From assembly GCA_963816395.1 (NCBI GenBank), contig CAWFKQ010000004.1:99917-163916 (forward strand): 64,000 bases of DNA, written 5' to 3'. The translations under genes and the position numbers were made by a program. Below, one piece after another: positions 37,228 to 47,328 of this stretch. The stretch's first letter is position 1. The number at the start of each line of letters is the position of its first letter. The stretch comes from an uncultured delta proteobacterium (GTDB lineage: Bacteria; Desulfobacterota; Desulfuromonadia; Desulfuromonadales; JACZKF01). The notes beneath the pieces are model-generated. The model ran no database searches and was not told the DNA's origin. It worked only from the letters and a program-made list of their open reading frames with translations.

Positions 37228-37812
37228 GTGACCGGTCCGAACCCTCGCACCGACATCTCCGCTCTGCTGGCCAGGGTCAAAGCCGCCGCATCTCCCCTGC
37301 GGCGGCAACTGTTGATGCTGGCTATCATCACCCGGCTGTTGCGGGAGAGAGGGAAGCCGGCGCCGGTGCTGGTCGGCGGCGGCGCCCTGTCCTATTACTC
37401 CCGCGAGGTCTATTTCACCGCCGACATCGACCTGGGCTATGCGGATCGCGAAGCCCTCGATGAGGTTCTGCGCCTCCTCGGTTTCGGCAAGGAAGGAAGA
37501 TACTGGGTCCATCAGGACCTCGATATCATGGTGGAGGTGCCCGCTTCCTCTCTGGCCGGCGAGGAGGCCCCCCGCGAAGTGGTCGAGCTCGGTGAAGGGT
37601 TGGAATGCACGGTCCTCGGCATCGAGGATCTGCTCGTCGACCGGATGAATGCCTGCCGGCACTGGAGGTCCGAGGCGGACTGCGAGATGGTCGAGTTGCT
37701 GGTCGCCCGCTATGGGGAAGAGATCGACTGGGACTACCTGCTCAGGCGAGCGGCTATGCCGGAGAACGACACGGCCGAGGCTTTTCTGGCGCTGCGGAGG
37801 AGAAAAGTATGA
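37228..37812 (+). CDS. Nucleotidyltransferase-fold protein (DUF6036/AbiEii-like)
   Basis: VLVGGGAL..Y....FTADIDL (GG...DxD), EDLLVDR, IDWDYL. Confidence 0.7.
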   Translation: MTGPNPRTDISALLARVKAAASPLRRQLLMLAIITRLLRERGKPAPVLVGGGALSYYSREVYFTADIDLGYADREALDEVLRLLGFGKEGRYWVHQDLDIMVEVPASSLAGEEAPREVVELGEGLECTVLGIEDLLVDRMNACRHWRSEADCEMVELLVARYGEEIDWDYLLRRAAMPENDTAEAFLALRRRKV

Positions 37813-38021
37813 CGGTCCGGCGGCGAAAGTTTGAAGAGGGCGGCGCCGTTGCCATGCGGCTGCTGCGGGAGCGGCTGGCTCTTTCCCGCTATCGTAAAAT
37901 GCGGGAGAGGGACCCGGTTAAGCGACGTCTGCTGCTTGAGCTCTCGCTGCGAAAAATGGCAGAGGCGGAGCGCGACGATTATCAACCGTCCGGCTTTCGC
38001 CGTCGGCGGCTGAAGGTTTAG
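37809..38021 (+). CDS. Small basic protein (70 aa) coupled to the NTase
   Basis: ATGA overlap with the upstream stop; MTVRRRKFEEGGAVAMRLLRERL...RRRRLKV. Confidence 0.5.
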   Translation: MTVRRRKFEEGGAVAMRLLRERLALSRYRKMRERDPVKRRLLLELSLRKMAEAERDDYQPSGFRRRRLKV

Positions 38022-38068
38022 GATGGTGAACGCTTCCGGCAATCCGCTGCTTTTGGATCGTCTCCCTC

Positions 38069-39488
38069 CTACTGCCGCCGCTCCTGCAGAAAGTGAAAGA
38101 ATTCCCGCGCCTCATGCAGCCGCCGGCGGCAGATCTCCCGGTCGCTGAGCATGGTGCGGACGATGCGCAGGATCGGCCGGGGGCGAAAGTAGAAACGCTG
38201 ATAGAAGGTCTCCACCGCCTTGAAGATCTCCCGCCGGGAGAGGTTGGGGTACTGCACCGCCGCCTCCTGGACGCCGTTGCCGGAGACCAGATCGGCCGGC
38301 AGCAGCCAGCCGTTTTCTTCCGCCTGACGGTAGAACTCGGTCCCCGGATAGGGGGTGGCGATCGACACCTGGATGGTGTCCGGGTCGAGTTCGCGGGCGA
38401 AGCGGATCGTCTGCCGCAGCGTCTCCCGGCTCTCCCCCGGCAGCCCGACGGTGAAGGTGGCATGGGTGAGGATCCCCAGCCGCCGGCAGGCTTTCATGAA
38501 GATTCGAGCCTGGTCGGTGGTGATCCCCTTGCGGATGCCCCGCAGAATCTCGTCGCTTCCCGATTCAATCCCCACCATCAGACAGCGCAGGCCATTCTCC
38601 TTGAGCACCCGCAGGGTGCTCTCTGGGACGTCGGCGCGGGCGCTGCATGACCAGGTGAGCCCCATCTCCCCCATGCCTCGGGCGATCGCCTCCGCGCGCC
38701 GGCGGTCGGCGGTGAAGGTATCGTCGTCGAAGAAGAATTCCTTGACCTGCGGAAACATCTGCCGGGCCCGCCGCATCTCCTCCAGCACGCTCGCCACGGA
38801 ACGCGTGCGGTAGCGATGGCCGCTGAGGGTCTGCGGCCAGAGGCAGAAGGAGCAGCGCCCCGGACAGCCGCGTCCGGTATAAAGAGAGAGATAGGGATGC
38901 AGCAGGTAGCCGATGAAGTAATTCTCGATGTGCAGGTCGCGCTGATAGACTTCGAGCACCGAAGGGAGCGCGTCGAGATCGCCGATCGGCGGGCGCGACG
39001 GGTTGTGGACCAGCTCACCGCTTTCCCGGCGCCAGGAAACGCCTGCAACCGCGGCCATCGGGGCGCCGCCGGCGAGCTCGGCGATGGCCTGGTCGAACTC
39101 GTCGCGGGCGACGAAATCGAGGGCTGGACAGCCGCGCAGGGTCTCCTCGGGGAGGGCCGTGCAGTGCGGGCCGACCATGCCGATGCGCTGCGCCGGGTTG
39201 CTCACCCGACATCTTTCCGCCAGCCGGGCATCGTTGCGGTAGCCAGGGGTGCTGGTATAGATCACCAGCATGTCGAAATCCCGGGCGATCTTCACCGTTT
39301 CCTCGACCGTCGACATCTCCCGCCGGCGCATCGAGCAGCCGGCTGCCCGGGCAGAGAGCCGCCGCCTGGGCGAGCCAGGTCGGATACCAGAAGGAGCGGA
39401 TCTCGCGCCGTGCCTGGTAGCGGCTTCCCGCTCCGCCGTCGAAGCCTTCGAAGGAAGGCGGATTCAGAAACAGTACGCGTTCTCCCAT
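38069..39488 (-). CDS. hpnJ: Hopanoid biosynthesis-associated radical SAM protein HpnJ (one indel)
   Basis: LFLNPPSFEGFDGGAGSRYQARREIRSFWYPTWLAQAAA N-terminus; YFIGYLLHPYLSLYTGRGCPGRCSFCLWPQT; KEFFFDDDTFT. Confidence 0.92.
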
Positions 39489-39574
39489 CCAATACCTCGG
39501 TGATGACCCTTCCTGGAAAATGCCAGGAATCCTGATTCGAAAAAACACTGGTTAACGAATTTAAGAAATGGGTT

Positions 39575-39620
39575 CCTCTGCGTCTCCGCGTCTCTAGCGA
39601 CTGAAAGGAGCGGGCGTTAG
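39575..39620. repeat. Partial CGCGGAG-type element
   Basis: cctctgcgtctccgcgtctctagcg...gcgggcgtt resembles the right arm of the 32673 and 47055 elements. Confidence 0.45.
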
Positions 39621-39943
39621 ATGGTTTTCATCGTCACGCTGGACCGAAGGCCCGTGGGGAACTGCCTTCCCGGCTTGCGGCTGCCATCTCGCGCCGGCGG
39701 CGTCCCCATATTTATACCCGCTGTCGGCGGAGGTACAAGCGCCCGCTGGAAAAATGCCGGAGACCGGTTGGTTGCCATACAGCGAAATCGAGATATATTG
39801 GGAGACGAAAATGAGAATGAATACACATAAAATCGGGAAGGCCGCCGTTCCGGATCGCCCGGCAAGCCTGGGAAACGCATTGCCCACCTCCGCTCGGTCG
39901 CTTTCCGGCCGCCCCGGAGAAGAAGAAAGGAGACTCTGCGCGG

Positions 39944-41107
39944 ATGGAGGATATCAGGATCGCCATAATCGGGGCGGGAAACTGCGCCAGCTCTCTACTC
40001 CAGGGAATCGAATATTACCGCAGCCGACGACCGGAGACGGCCGTCGGTCTGATGCATTGGCAGATCGGCGGCTATCGTCCCTCCGACATCCGGGTGGTGG
40101 CGGCTTTCGATATCGACCGGCGCAAGGTCGGCAGGGACGTCGCCGAAGCCATTTTCCAGCCGCCCAACTGCACCGCCGTCTTCTGTCCGGACCTGCGGGC
40201 CACCGGCGTCGAGGTACGGATGGGGCGGATTATGGATGGGTTCTCCGAACATATGCACGGCTATGATGAACGGCACACCTTCGCTCCCGCCGATCTGCCG
40301 CAGCCGACCAAACTGGAGGTCGTGCGGGTGCTGCGCGAGGCCGGGGCGGAGATCGTCCTCAACTACCTGCCGGTCGGCTCCGAGCAGGCCGCGCGCTTCT
40401 ACGCCGAATGCGCCCTGGAGGCGGGCTGCGCCCTGGTCAACAATATCCCGGTGTTCATCGCCAGCGATCCGGCCTGGGCGCAGCGCTTCGCGGCGAAGAA
40501 CCTGCCCCTCATCGGCGACGATATCAAGTCCCAGTTCGGCGCCACCATCGTTCACCGGGCCCTGGCCGATCTGCTGTACAAAAGGGGCGTGAAGCTGGAG
40601 CGCACCTATCAGCTCAACACCGGGGGGAATACCGATTTCCTCAACATGCTCAACCGCAGCCGTCTGCAGTCGAAAAAGCGCTCCAAGACCGAGGCCGTGC
40701 AGTCGGTGGCCGGGATGCGCCTGGCGGCGGACAACATCCATATCGGGCCGAGCGATTACGTTCCCTGGCAGAAGGACAACAAGGTCTGCTTTCTGCGCCT
40801 GGAGGGGAAGCTGTTCGGCGACATCCCGATGAACCTGGAGCTGCGCCTCTCGGTCGAGGACTCACCCAACTCCGCCGGCGTGGTCATCGACGCCATCCGC
40901 TGCTGCAAGCTGGCCCTGGAACGGGGCGAGGGGGGAGTACTGGAGGCCCCTTCGGCATTTTTCATGAAAAGCCCGCCGCGCCAGTATGCCGACGACGAGG
41001 CTTTCCGCCTGACCGAGGAGTTTATCCGGGAGGGGGGACTGGCGAAATCCAAACCGGTCGCCGGTTATCGCTATGCGGCCGTCCAGGCGGCGGAAACCGG
41101 CGGCTGA
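39944..41107 (+). CDS. ino1: myo-inositol-1-phosphate (inositol-3-phosphate) synthase
   Basis: IAIIGAGNCASSLLQG, NYLPVGSEQA, IGDDIKSQFGAT, YQLNTGGNTDFLNM, SKTEAV, GPSDYVPW, EDSPNSAGVVIDAIR. Confidence 0.96.
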   Translation: MEDIRIAIIGAGNCASSLLQGIEYYRSRRPETAVGLMHWQIGGYRPSDIRVVAAFDIDRRKVGRDVAEAIFQPPNCTAVFCPDLRATGVEVRMGRIMDGFSEHMHGYDERHTFAPADLPQPTKLEVVRVLREAGAEIVLNYLPVGSEQAARFYAECALEAGCALVNNIPVFIASDPAWAQRFAAKNLPLIGDDIKSQFGATIVHRALADLLYKRGVKLERTYQLNTGGNTDFLNMLNRSRLQSKKRSKTEAVQSVAGMRLAADNIHIGPSDYVPWQKDNKVCFLRLEGKLFGDIPMNLELRLSVEDSPNSAGVVIDAIRCCKLALERGEGGVLEAPSAFFMKSPPRQYADDEAFRLTEEFIREGGLAKSKPVAGYRYAAVQAAETGG

Positions 41108-41114
41108 GAACCCC

Positions 41115-41814
41115 ATGGAAACGGGCCGATTCGACGGCTGCCGGGCCATTCTGTTCGATTTCGGCGGGACATTGGACGCCGACGGCGAGCACTGGCTGGA
41201 CCGCTTCCTCATCCTCTACGCGGAGAGTGGATTGGAGCTGCCGGCGGCGGCGATCAGGCGCGCCTTCACCCACGCCGACCGGCTCTGCAATGGCGACGGG
41301 CGCCTGGCCTGCTGGGGGCTGCGCTCCCTGCTGCGGCACCACGTGCGCCTGCAGTTCGAGGCTCTGGGGCTGGCGGATTCGGGGCGGGAAGCAGCCCTGG
41401 CCGAGGCCTTCTGCCGGCGGGCGGAGCCGGTGCTGTGCCGTAACGCCCGTTTCCTGCAGGACCTGCGGCGGACGCTACCGCTTGGGGCTGGTATCGAACT
41501 TCTACGGCAACGTCCTGGCCCTGTGCCGGGAGGCGGGACTGAGCGAGTCGCTGGAGGTGGTCCTCGATTCGGCCCTGCTCGGCTTCGGCAAGCCGGAACC
41601 GGCCATCTTCCAGGCCGCCTTGGAGCGGCTGCAGCTGCCGGCCGGCGAAGTCATCTTCGTCGGCGATTCCTACGAGCGCGACATGCTTCCCGCCCGGTCG
41701 CTGGGGATGCGCACCGTCTGGCTGCAGGGGCGCCCGGCCAGCCCACTGCCGGCCGCCGGTCCGGTCGACGCCCGCATCAGCAGCCTGCCGCAGCTGGCGG
41801 CCTTGCTGCCATGA
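41115..41814 (+). CDS. HAD-family hydrolase (one indel)
   Basis: ILFDFGGTLDADG (variant motif I), LVSNFYGN, KPEPAIF, FVGDSYERD. Confidence 0.85.
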
Positions 41815-42515
41815 AGGCGGCAATTCTGGCCGCCGGCCTCGGTGAGCGGCTTGCCGCCGGTGGGGTCGCCGTGCCCAAACCTCTGGTGACGGTGGCCGGC
41901 GAGCCGCTGATCGCCCGCGCCATTCGCGCTGCCGCTGCGGCCGGCGCAGCCGCCGTCGCCTGCATCGTCAACGACCGGCAGCCGGCGGTGGCGGAGTACC
42001 TGCGCGCCCATTCCTGGCCGGTGCCCCTGGAGCTGCTGGTGCGCACCACCGCCAGTTCCATGGAGAGCCTCTTCGCTCTCGCCCCCCTGCTGACCAGCGA
42101 CCCGTTTCTGCTCCTTACCGTCGATGCCGTCTGCGCCCCGGGCAACCTGCCCCGCTTCCTCTCCCGCGCCCGGCGGCTGCCGGCGGCCGCCGGGGTGCTG
42201 GCCCTGACCCGTTTCGTCGACGACGAGAAGCCCTTGTGGGTGCAGCTGGCAGCCGGCGGCCGCATCGCCGCCTTCGGTGAGCCGGGCCGGCCGCGGCTGG
42301 TGACCGCCGGTTTCTACTACTTCCGGCCGGAGATCTTCAGCCGGATGGCCGCTGCCCGGGCCGTCGGCCTCGGCGCCCTGCGCCAGTTCCTTTCCCTTCT
42401 GGCGGCGAGCGGTCTGCCCCTGTACGGCGTGCCGGTGGCGCGGACAATGGACATCGACCGGCCGCAGGACCTGCAGCGCGCGGAGGCCTGGCTGGCAGGG
42501 CTGGCGCATGGCTGA
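41811..42515 (+). CDS. Sugar/polyol-phosphate nucleotidyltransferase
   Basis: MKAAILAAGLGERL...PKPL, SSMESL, VDDEKPLWV, DIDRPQDL. Confidence 0.88.
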   Translation: MKAAILAAGLGERLAAGGVAVPKPLVTVAGEPLIARAIRAAAAAGAAAVACIVNDRQPAVAEYLRAHSWPVPLELLVRTTASSMESLFALAPLLTSDPFLLLTVDAVCAPGNLPRFLSRARRLPAAAGVLALTRFVDDEKPLWVQLAAGGRIAAFGEPGRPRLVTAGFYYFRPEIFSRMAAARAVGLGALRQFLSLLAASGLPLYGVPVARTMDIDRPQDLQRAEAWLAGLAHG

Positions 42516-43356
42516 GCGAACTGCTTGGCATCTACCGGGAAGAGGTCTTCTCCCCGGGCAAGGTGGCGGAAGACGCCGCCATTCTCGACTGCGCGGTGGC
42601 GGAACTGTGCCGCCCCGGTTACAGCATGCTGCCGACCGTGCCGGCCGAGCGGCTCGAGTCCGGCCCTGCGGCCGCCGGGCTGGGTGCTGAGCATGGCGCA
42701 GTCGGCGGCGGCGCTGGCGATCCTGGACCAGTGGCAGGCCGCGGGGGTACAGGTGATCAACACGCCGCAGGCGGTGCGGCAAAGCCTGCGCCGGCCGCAG
42801 CTGGAACTGCTCGCTGCCGCCACTCTCCCCCTGCCGCCCGGCCGAGTGGTGCCGCCGTCAGGGGTCGAGGCGGCCGCCGCCGCCTTCGGGGCAGCCGGGG
42901 GAGTATGGTTGAAGCGGGGGGACGTGCATGCCGTGGAGGCTGGGGACGTGGTGCGGGTGACGACGCCGGCTGCAGCTGCGCCGGGCCCTCGGATCACTTC
43001 CGGCGCCGGCGCATCCCGGAGATTCTGGTGCAGGCGCACCTGGAGGGGGAGACGATCAAATTCTACGGCGTCGGTCCCGGCGATTTTTTCCGTGCCTTCG
43101 ATGCCGCCGGCCGCGAGCTCGCCGGGGTGGCGCAGCTGGCGGAGCTGGCCCAGCGGGCGGCGGCGGCGATCGGTCTGGAGGTGTACGGCGGCGACGCGGT
43201 GCGCACGCCGGCCGGCGAGCTGGTGCTGATCGATCTCAACGACTGGCCGAGCTTTTCCCGCTGCCGCCGGGAAGCGGCGCAGGGCATCGCCCGCTACGTC
43301 CGCGGGTCTACGGAGGTTTCCATGGATTCTCCAGAGAGCTTGCCGACTCCCTCTGA
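42508..43356 (+). CDS. ATP-grasp protein with ITPK1-like motifs (several indels; ends approximate)
   Basis: Stitched: LLGIYREEVFSPGKVAEDAAIL...VINTPQAV...WLKRGDVH...VQAHLEGETIKFYGVG...GLEVYGGDAV...LIDLNDWPSF. Confidence 0.7.
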
Positions 43357-44674
43357 AAGCGCTTCCGCGACCCTGCGCCGGCGCGAGGAGCGCTACCTGG
43401 CGCCGGGGCTGCAGGAAGTGGCGCAGCTGGCCGGCATCGTCATCCGCGAGGGGCGCGGCTGCTGGCTGACCGACCTGGAAGGGCGGCGCTATCTCGATTT
43501 CATGGCCGGGGTGGCGGTCTGCAGCCTCGGTCATGCGCACCCGAAGTTCGTCGCCGCCCTGGGCGAGCAGCTGGGGCGGGTGACCGTCGGCAGCTTCACC
43601 ACCGAAAACCGGGTGGAGCTGCTGGAGCGGCTGGCCGCCCTGCTGCCGGCGGGGCTGGAGCGAGTGCAGTTCTACAGCGGTGGCTCGGAGGCGGTGGAAG
43701 CCGCTCTGCGCCTGGCCAAGGCCGCCACCGGCCGCTTCGAGGTCCTCGGTTTCTGGGGCGGCTTCCACGGCAAGACCGGCGGCGTGCTGGGGCTGATCGG
43801 CGACCCCTTCAAGCAGGGGTGGGGACCGCCGCACCCGGGGCTGCACCTGGCCCCCTACGCCGACTGCTACCGCTGCCCCTTCCGCCTGGAGTACCCCGGC
43901 TGCGGCCTGCTCTGCCTCGATTTCGTGCGCCAGGTGATCCGCCGCAACACCACCGGCAGTCTGGCGGCGATCATCGTCGAGCCGATGCAGGGGACCGCCG
44001 GCAATATCATCCCGCCGCCGGAGTTCCTCCCCGCCCTGCAGGCGATCGCCCGGGAGCACGGCGCGCTGCTCATCGCCGACGAGATGATCACCGGCTTCGG
44101 CCGCACCGGCCGGATGTTCGGCTGCGAGCACACGGGGCAGGCCCCCGACGTGATGACCATCGGCAAGGGGCTGGGCAACGGTTTCCCGGTCAGCGGCCTG
44201 GTCTCCACCACCGCCATCACCGCCAGCCGCCCGTTCAATCTGCCGAGCTCCTCCTCCAGCAGTTTCGGCGGCAACCCCCTGGCCGTCACCGCCGCCCTGG
44301 CGGCGGTGCGGACCATCGTCGAGGAGGATCTGGCGGCCAATGCCCGGGACGTCGGCGAGCATCTGCTGGCCGGCCTGCGCCGCCTGCAGGAGAAGTACGA
44401 TTTCATCGGCGAGGTGCGCGGCCGCGGCCTGCTGATCGGCGTCGAGCTGGTGCGCGACCGGAAAAGCCGCGAGCCGCTCCCCCGCGAGCTCACCCGGCGG
44501 ATCTTCCTGGAGACGCTGCGGCGGGGGCTGTTGTGCATGAATTACAAGGCCGCCTTCCGCATCAACCCGCCGCTGGTGCTCAGCCGTGAGGAGGCGGATA
44601 TGGGGCTGGGGATACTGGATGAAGTGTTCGCCTGGACGGCAGGGGAACTAAAATCAGGGCAGCAAAAACAGTGA
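43322..44674 (+). CDS. Class III PLP-dependent aminotransferase
   Basis: RBS GGAGG before ATG 43322; YLDFMAGVAVCSLGHAHP, SGGSEAVE, FHGKT, EPMQG, DEMITGFGRTG, PDVMTIGKGLGNG. Confidence 0.92.
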   Translation: MDSPESLPTPSESASATLRRREERYLAPGLQEVAQLAGIVIREGRGCWLTDLEGRRYLDFMAGVAVCSLGHAHPKFVAALGEQLGRVTVGSFTTENRVELLERLAALLPAGLERVQFYSGGSEAVEAALRLAKAATGRFEVLGFWGGFHGKTGGVLGLIGDPFKQGWGPPHPGLHLAPYADCYRCPFRLEYPGCGLLCLDFVRQVIRRNTTGSLAAIIVEPMQGTAGNIIPPPEFLPALQAIAREHGALLIADEMITGFGRTGRMFGCEHTGQAPDVMTIGKGLGNGFPVSGLVSTTAITASRPFNLPSSSSSSFGGNPLAVTAALAAVRTIVEEDLAANARDVGEHLLAGLRRLQEKYDFIGEVRGRGLLIGVELVRDRKSREPLPRELTRRIFLETLRRGLLCMNYKAAFRINPPLVLSREEADMGLGILDEVFAWTAGELKSGQQKQ

Positions 44675-44735
44675 GATAGTAAGTAGTGAGGTAGTGAATT
44701 CAGATTCTTCTATCTCACTATCTCACTACTCACTG
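44670..44735. repeat. Octamer-based inverted repeat, copy C
   Basis: agtgagatagtaagtagtgaggtag-tgaattcagattctt-ctatctcactatctcactactcact. Confidence 0.75.
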
Positions 44736-44784
44736 ATCTGCAAAAAGGTGCGGTCGCAAGCATGTATCTAGGCGGTTCTTCCAT

Positions 44785-45798
44785 ATGCTCCGCGGCGCCC
44801 TGATCGGTTTCGGCAGCGTCGCCGAGCGGGCGCATCTGCCGATGTGGGAAGCGAGCGGGTTCGGCCGCATCGAGGCGGTGGCGGAGCCGGCGGCCGAGCG
44901 GGCGGCGCTGGCCGAGAGGCTGCTGCCGGGGGCGCGTATCTATCCGGATGCCGGCACCCTGCTGGCGCGCGAGTGCCCCGATTTCGTCGACATCTGTACC
45001 CCCTCGGGCTGCCATGCCGGCCTGCTGCTGGCGGCCTGCCGGGCGGGGCTGAACGTCTTCTGCGAAAAGCCGCTGGTCACCGATCCGGGGCAGCTGTCGG
45101 CGCTTGCCGGGGGCGCCGGCGGCCGGCCGGTGATCTTCACGGTGAACAACTGGAAGTACGCGCCGATCTGGCGGCGCGCCCTGGCCCTGCTGCATGCCCG
45201 GCGCATCGGGGCGGTGCAATCGGTTTCCCTCTCCGTGCTGCGGCCGCCGGCCTCCGGCGGCGGCGCCTCCGACTGGCGGCACTGCGCCGAGGCGGCCGGC
45301 GGGGGAATCCTGCTCGACCATGGCTGGCACCATTTTTACCTGCTGCAGGCCATCCTGCCGGCAGCGCCGCTGGCGGTGGCGGCGCGCATGGAGTTCGACG
45401 ACTGCGGGCTGGAGGAGACGGTGGATCTGGCCCTGCGCTACCCCGGGGCGGAAGCCCGCCTTTATTTGACCTGGCGGGCGGCGCGCCGGCAGAATTTCGG
45501 TACCATCATCGGCCGGCGCGGCTCTCTCTGGTGCAATGACGACCACCTGGTGCTGGCGGCCGAGGGGGAGTCGGCGGTCCGTTTCGATTTTCCCGAGGCC
45601 CTCTCCGCCGGCTCCCAGCACCCGGCGTGGATGCGACCGGTGGCGGCGCACTTCCGCCGCGAACTGCAGGATTTCCGAGTCTGCGGCGCCAACTTCCGCG
45701 AGGCCTGGTGGTGCGCCCGACTGACCGCCCTGGCCTACCGCTCGGCCCGGGAAGGCTCGCGCTGGGTGGGGGTGGACGAGCCGGCGGCGGCGCCGTGA
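44785..45798 (+). CDS. Gfo/Idh/MocA-family NAD(P)-dependent oxidoreductase
   Basis: LIGFGSVAERAH, DFVDICTP, VFCEKPL, GGGILLDHGWH. Confidence 0.92.
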   Translation: MLRGALIGFGSVAERAHLPMWEASGFGRIEAVAEPAAERAALAERLLPGARIYPDAGTLLARECPDFVDICTPSGCHAGLLLAACRAGLNVFCEKPLVTDPGQLSALAGGAGGRPVIFTVNNWKYAPIWRRALALLHARRIGAVQSVSLSVLRPPASGGGASDWRHCAEAAGGGILLDHGWHHFYLLQAILPAAPLAVAARMEFDDCGLEETVDLALRYPGAEARLYLTWRAARRQNFGTIIGRRGSLWCNDDHLVLAAEGESAVRFDFPEALSAGSQHPAWMRPVAAHFRRELQDFRVCGANFREAWWCARLTALAYRSAREGSRWVGVDEPAAAP

Positions 45799-47039
45799 GC
45801 CGGGCGATACCGGCTGCCGGAACGCTGGCGCTGATCGACGCCCGGCGGCCGGGCGCCTGGTTGCGGGTGGGGGGAATCCCGCTGGTGGCCCGGACGCTCT
45901 TTCACCTGGCCTGCCTGGAGATCGCCGAGGCGGCGGTCCTCCTCCCCCCGGGACGGACACCGGCCGACCTGCGCCGCTGGCAGGGACCGGTGGCGGTGCG
46001 GCAGCAGCGGCTGCGCGGTCCAACTGCCGGCGGCGCTGCAGGCGGCCGCCGGGGCTGCGCGGCGCCTGCTGTACGTCGATGCCGCCCATCTGTTCGATCC
46101 GCGGCTGCTGCAGGCGCTGGCCGCCGCTCCCGCGCCGACCGTGCTGCGGCTGGGGGCGGAAGACCGGCAGCAGCACCGTCCTGCGGGCCGCCTGCCTGGC
46201 ACCGGCGGACCTGCGGCAGTGGGCTGCAGGAGGGCGAGCCGCTCTGGACCGGCGCGCCGCCAGCCTGCTCCCCGGCGACCTCGACCCCTTTTCGCCGGCA
46301 CTGCGCGGACCCCTGGTGCCGTACTGCCTGGAGGTGCGCCGGGCCGGGGACGCCCGGCGGGCCACCTGGGTGCTGATCCGCAGCCAGCAGAAGCGGGTGA
46401 TGGATTTTCCCGCCCGCTATCTCGATCCACCGCTGGAGAATCTTCTCACCTGGGTTCTCTGCCGCACCCCGGTCACCCCGAACCTGGTCACCCTGGCCGG
46501 GGCGGCGGCGGCGCTGGGGGTGGCCTGGCTTTTCTGGCACGGGTCACTTCCTGGCGGGGGCGCTGGGGATGTTCGCCGTCGAGATCCTCGACGGCGTCGA
46601 CGGCAAGCTGGCGCGCACCACCCTGCGCTTCAGCCGTTTCGGCGAGCACGAGGACCTCCTCGATTATTTCTGCGAGACGGGGATGTACGTGGCCCTGGCG
46701 GTCGGCCTGGGCGCCGCCGCCGGCGCCCGGCTGCCGGCCGTGCTGGCCGGGGTGCTGATCGTCGCCGATACCGCCGACAACATCTTTTACACCCTGGCCG
46801 GTCGCTGGCACGGCCGGAGCATCGATCTGTTCGGTCCCTTCGACGCCGCCTTCCGCTGCATCGCCGGGCGCCGCAACATCTACGGTCTGATGTTTCTCTG
46901 CGGCTTCGCCCTCGGCCAGCCGCTGCCGACCCTCGCCGCCGCCGCCGGCTGGGCGGGCCTGACCGCCGTCGTGCACGGCATTCGCCTGCTGGCCTTCGGC
47001 TGGGGAAAGGGCAGGCGGGCGCTCATCGAAAAGTTTTGA
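45795..47039 (+). CDS. CDP-alcohol phosphotransferase with degenerate N-terminal NTP-transferase-like domain (indels)
   Basis: N-terminal LRVGGIPLVARTL; C-terminal VTPNLVT and ILDGVDGKLAR...SRFGEHEDLLD. Confidence 0.8.
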
Positions 47040-47054
47040 AAGGAAGGCTTTTTA

Positions 47055-47290
47055 AAGCGGCGGCGCGGAGGCACGGAGGATAGAAAAAGGCATTTGAAAT
47101 ACGGATCAAATCTGATTCACACGGATTATCGCGGATTTAAAAATATGAGCATTAACCCTGCAGGTGTGGCATTAATCCGGAAATCTTTTGAATTATCTGT
47201 GCAAATCCGTGGCCTATAGCCATTTTTGAGGTAATAGATTTGGGCTGTTTGGAAGGATTTTCTCAGCGCCTCCGCGTCTCCGCGTTAAAA
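47055..47290. repeat. Nested palindromic element: outer CGCGGAG-type arms, inner CACGGATT/AATCCGTG arms
   Basis: gcggcggcgcggaggcacggag ... cacggattatcgcggatt ... atctgtgcaaatccgtg ... ctcagcgcctccgcgtctccgcgtt; AT-rich interior. Confidence 0.65.
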
Positions 47291-47328
47291 TTGGTTTTTC
47301 CAAACTCACACCCGGCGGCAAGGAGCCG

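Noticed and set aside
39807..39825. Possible Fur box (GAAAATGAGAATGAATACA) between hpnJ and ino1
   Set aside because: Only 13/19 match to the E. coli consensus in an AT-rich stretch, with a poor right half.
39489..39943. Riboswitch or sRNA in the long hpnJ-ino1 intergenic region
   Set aside because: I could not match a known aptamer consensus by eye; an Infernal/Rfam scan would be needed.
42563..44674. 703-aa ATP-grasp/aminotransferase fusion in the ORF track
   Set aside because: The aminotransferase has its own RBS and ATG at 43322, the ATP-grasp part already needs several frame corrections, and a nearby alternative-frame TGA at 43354-43356 gives a normal overlap.
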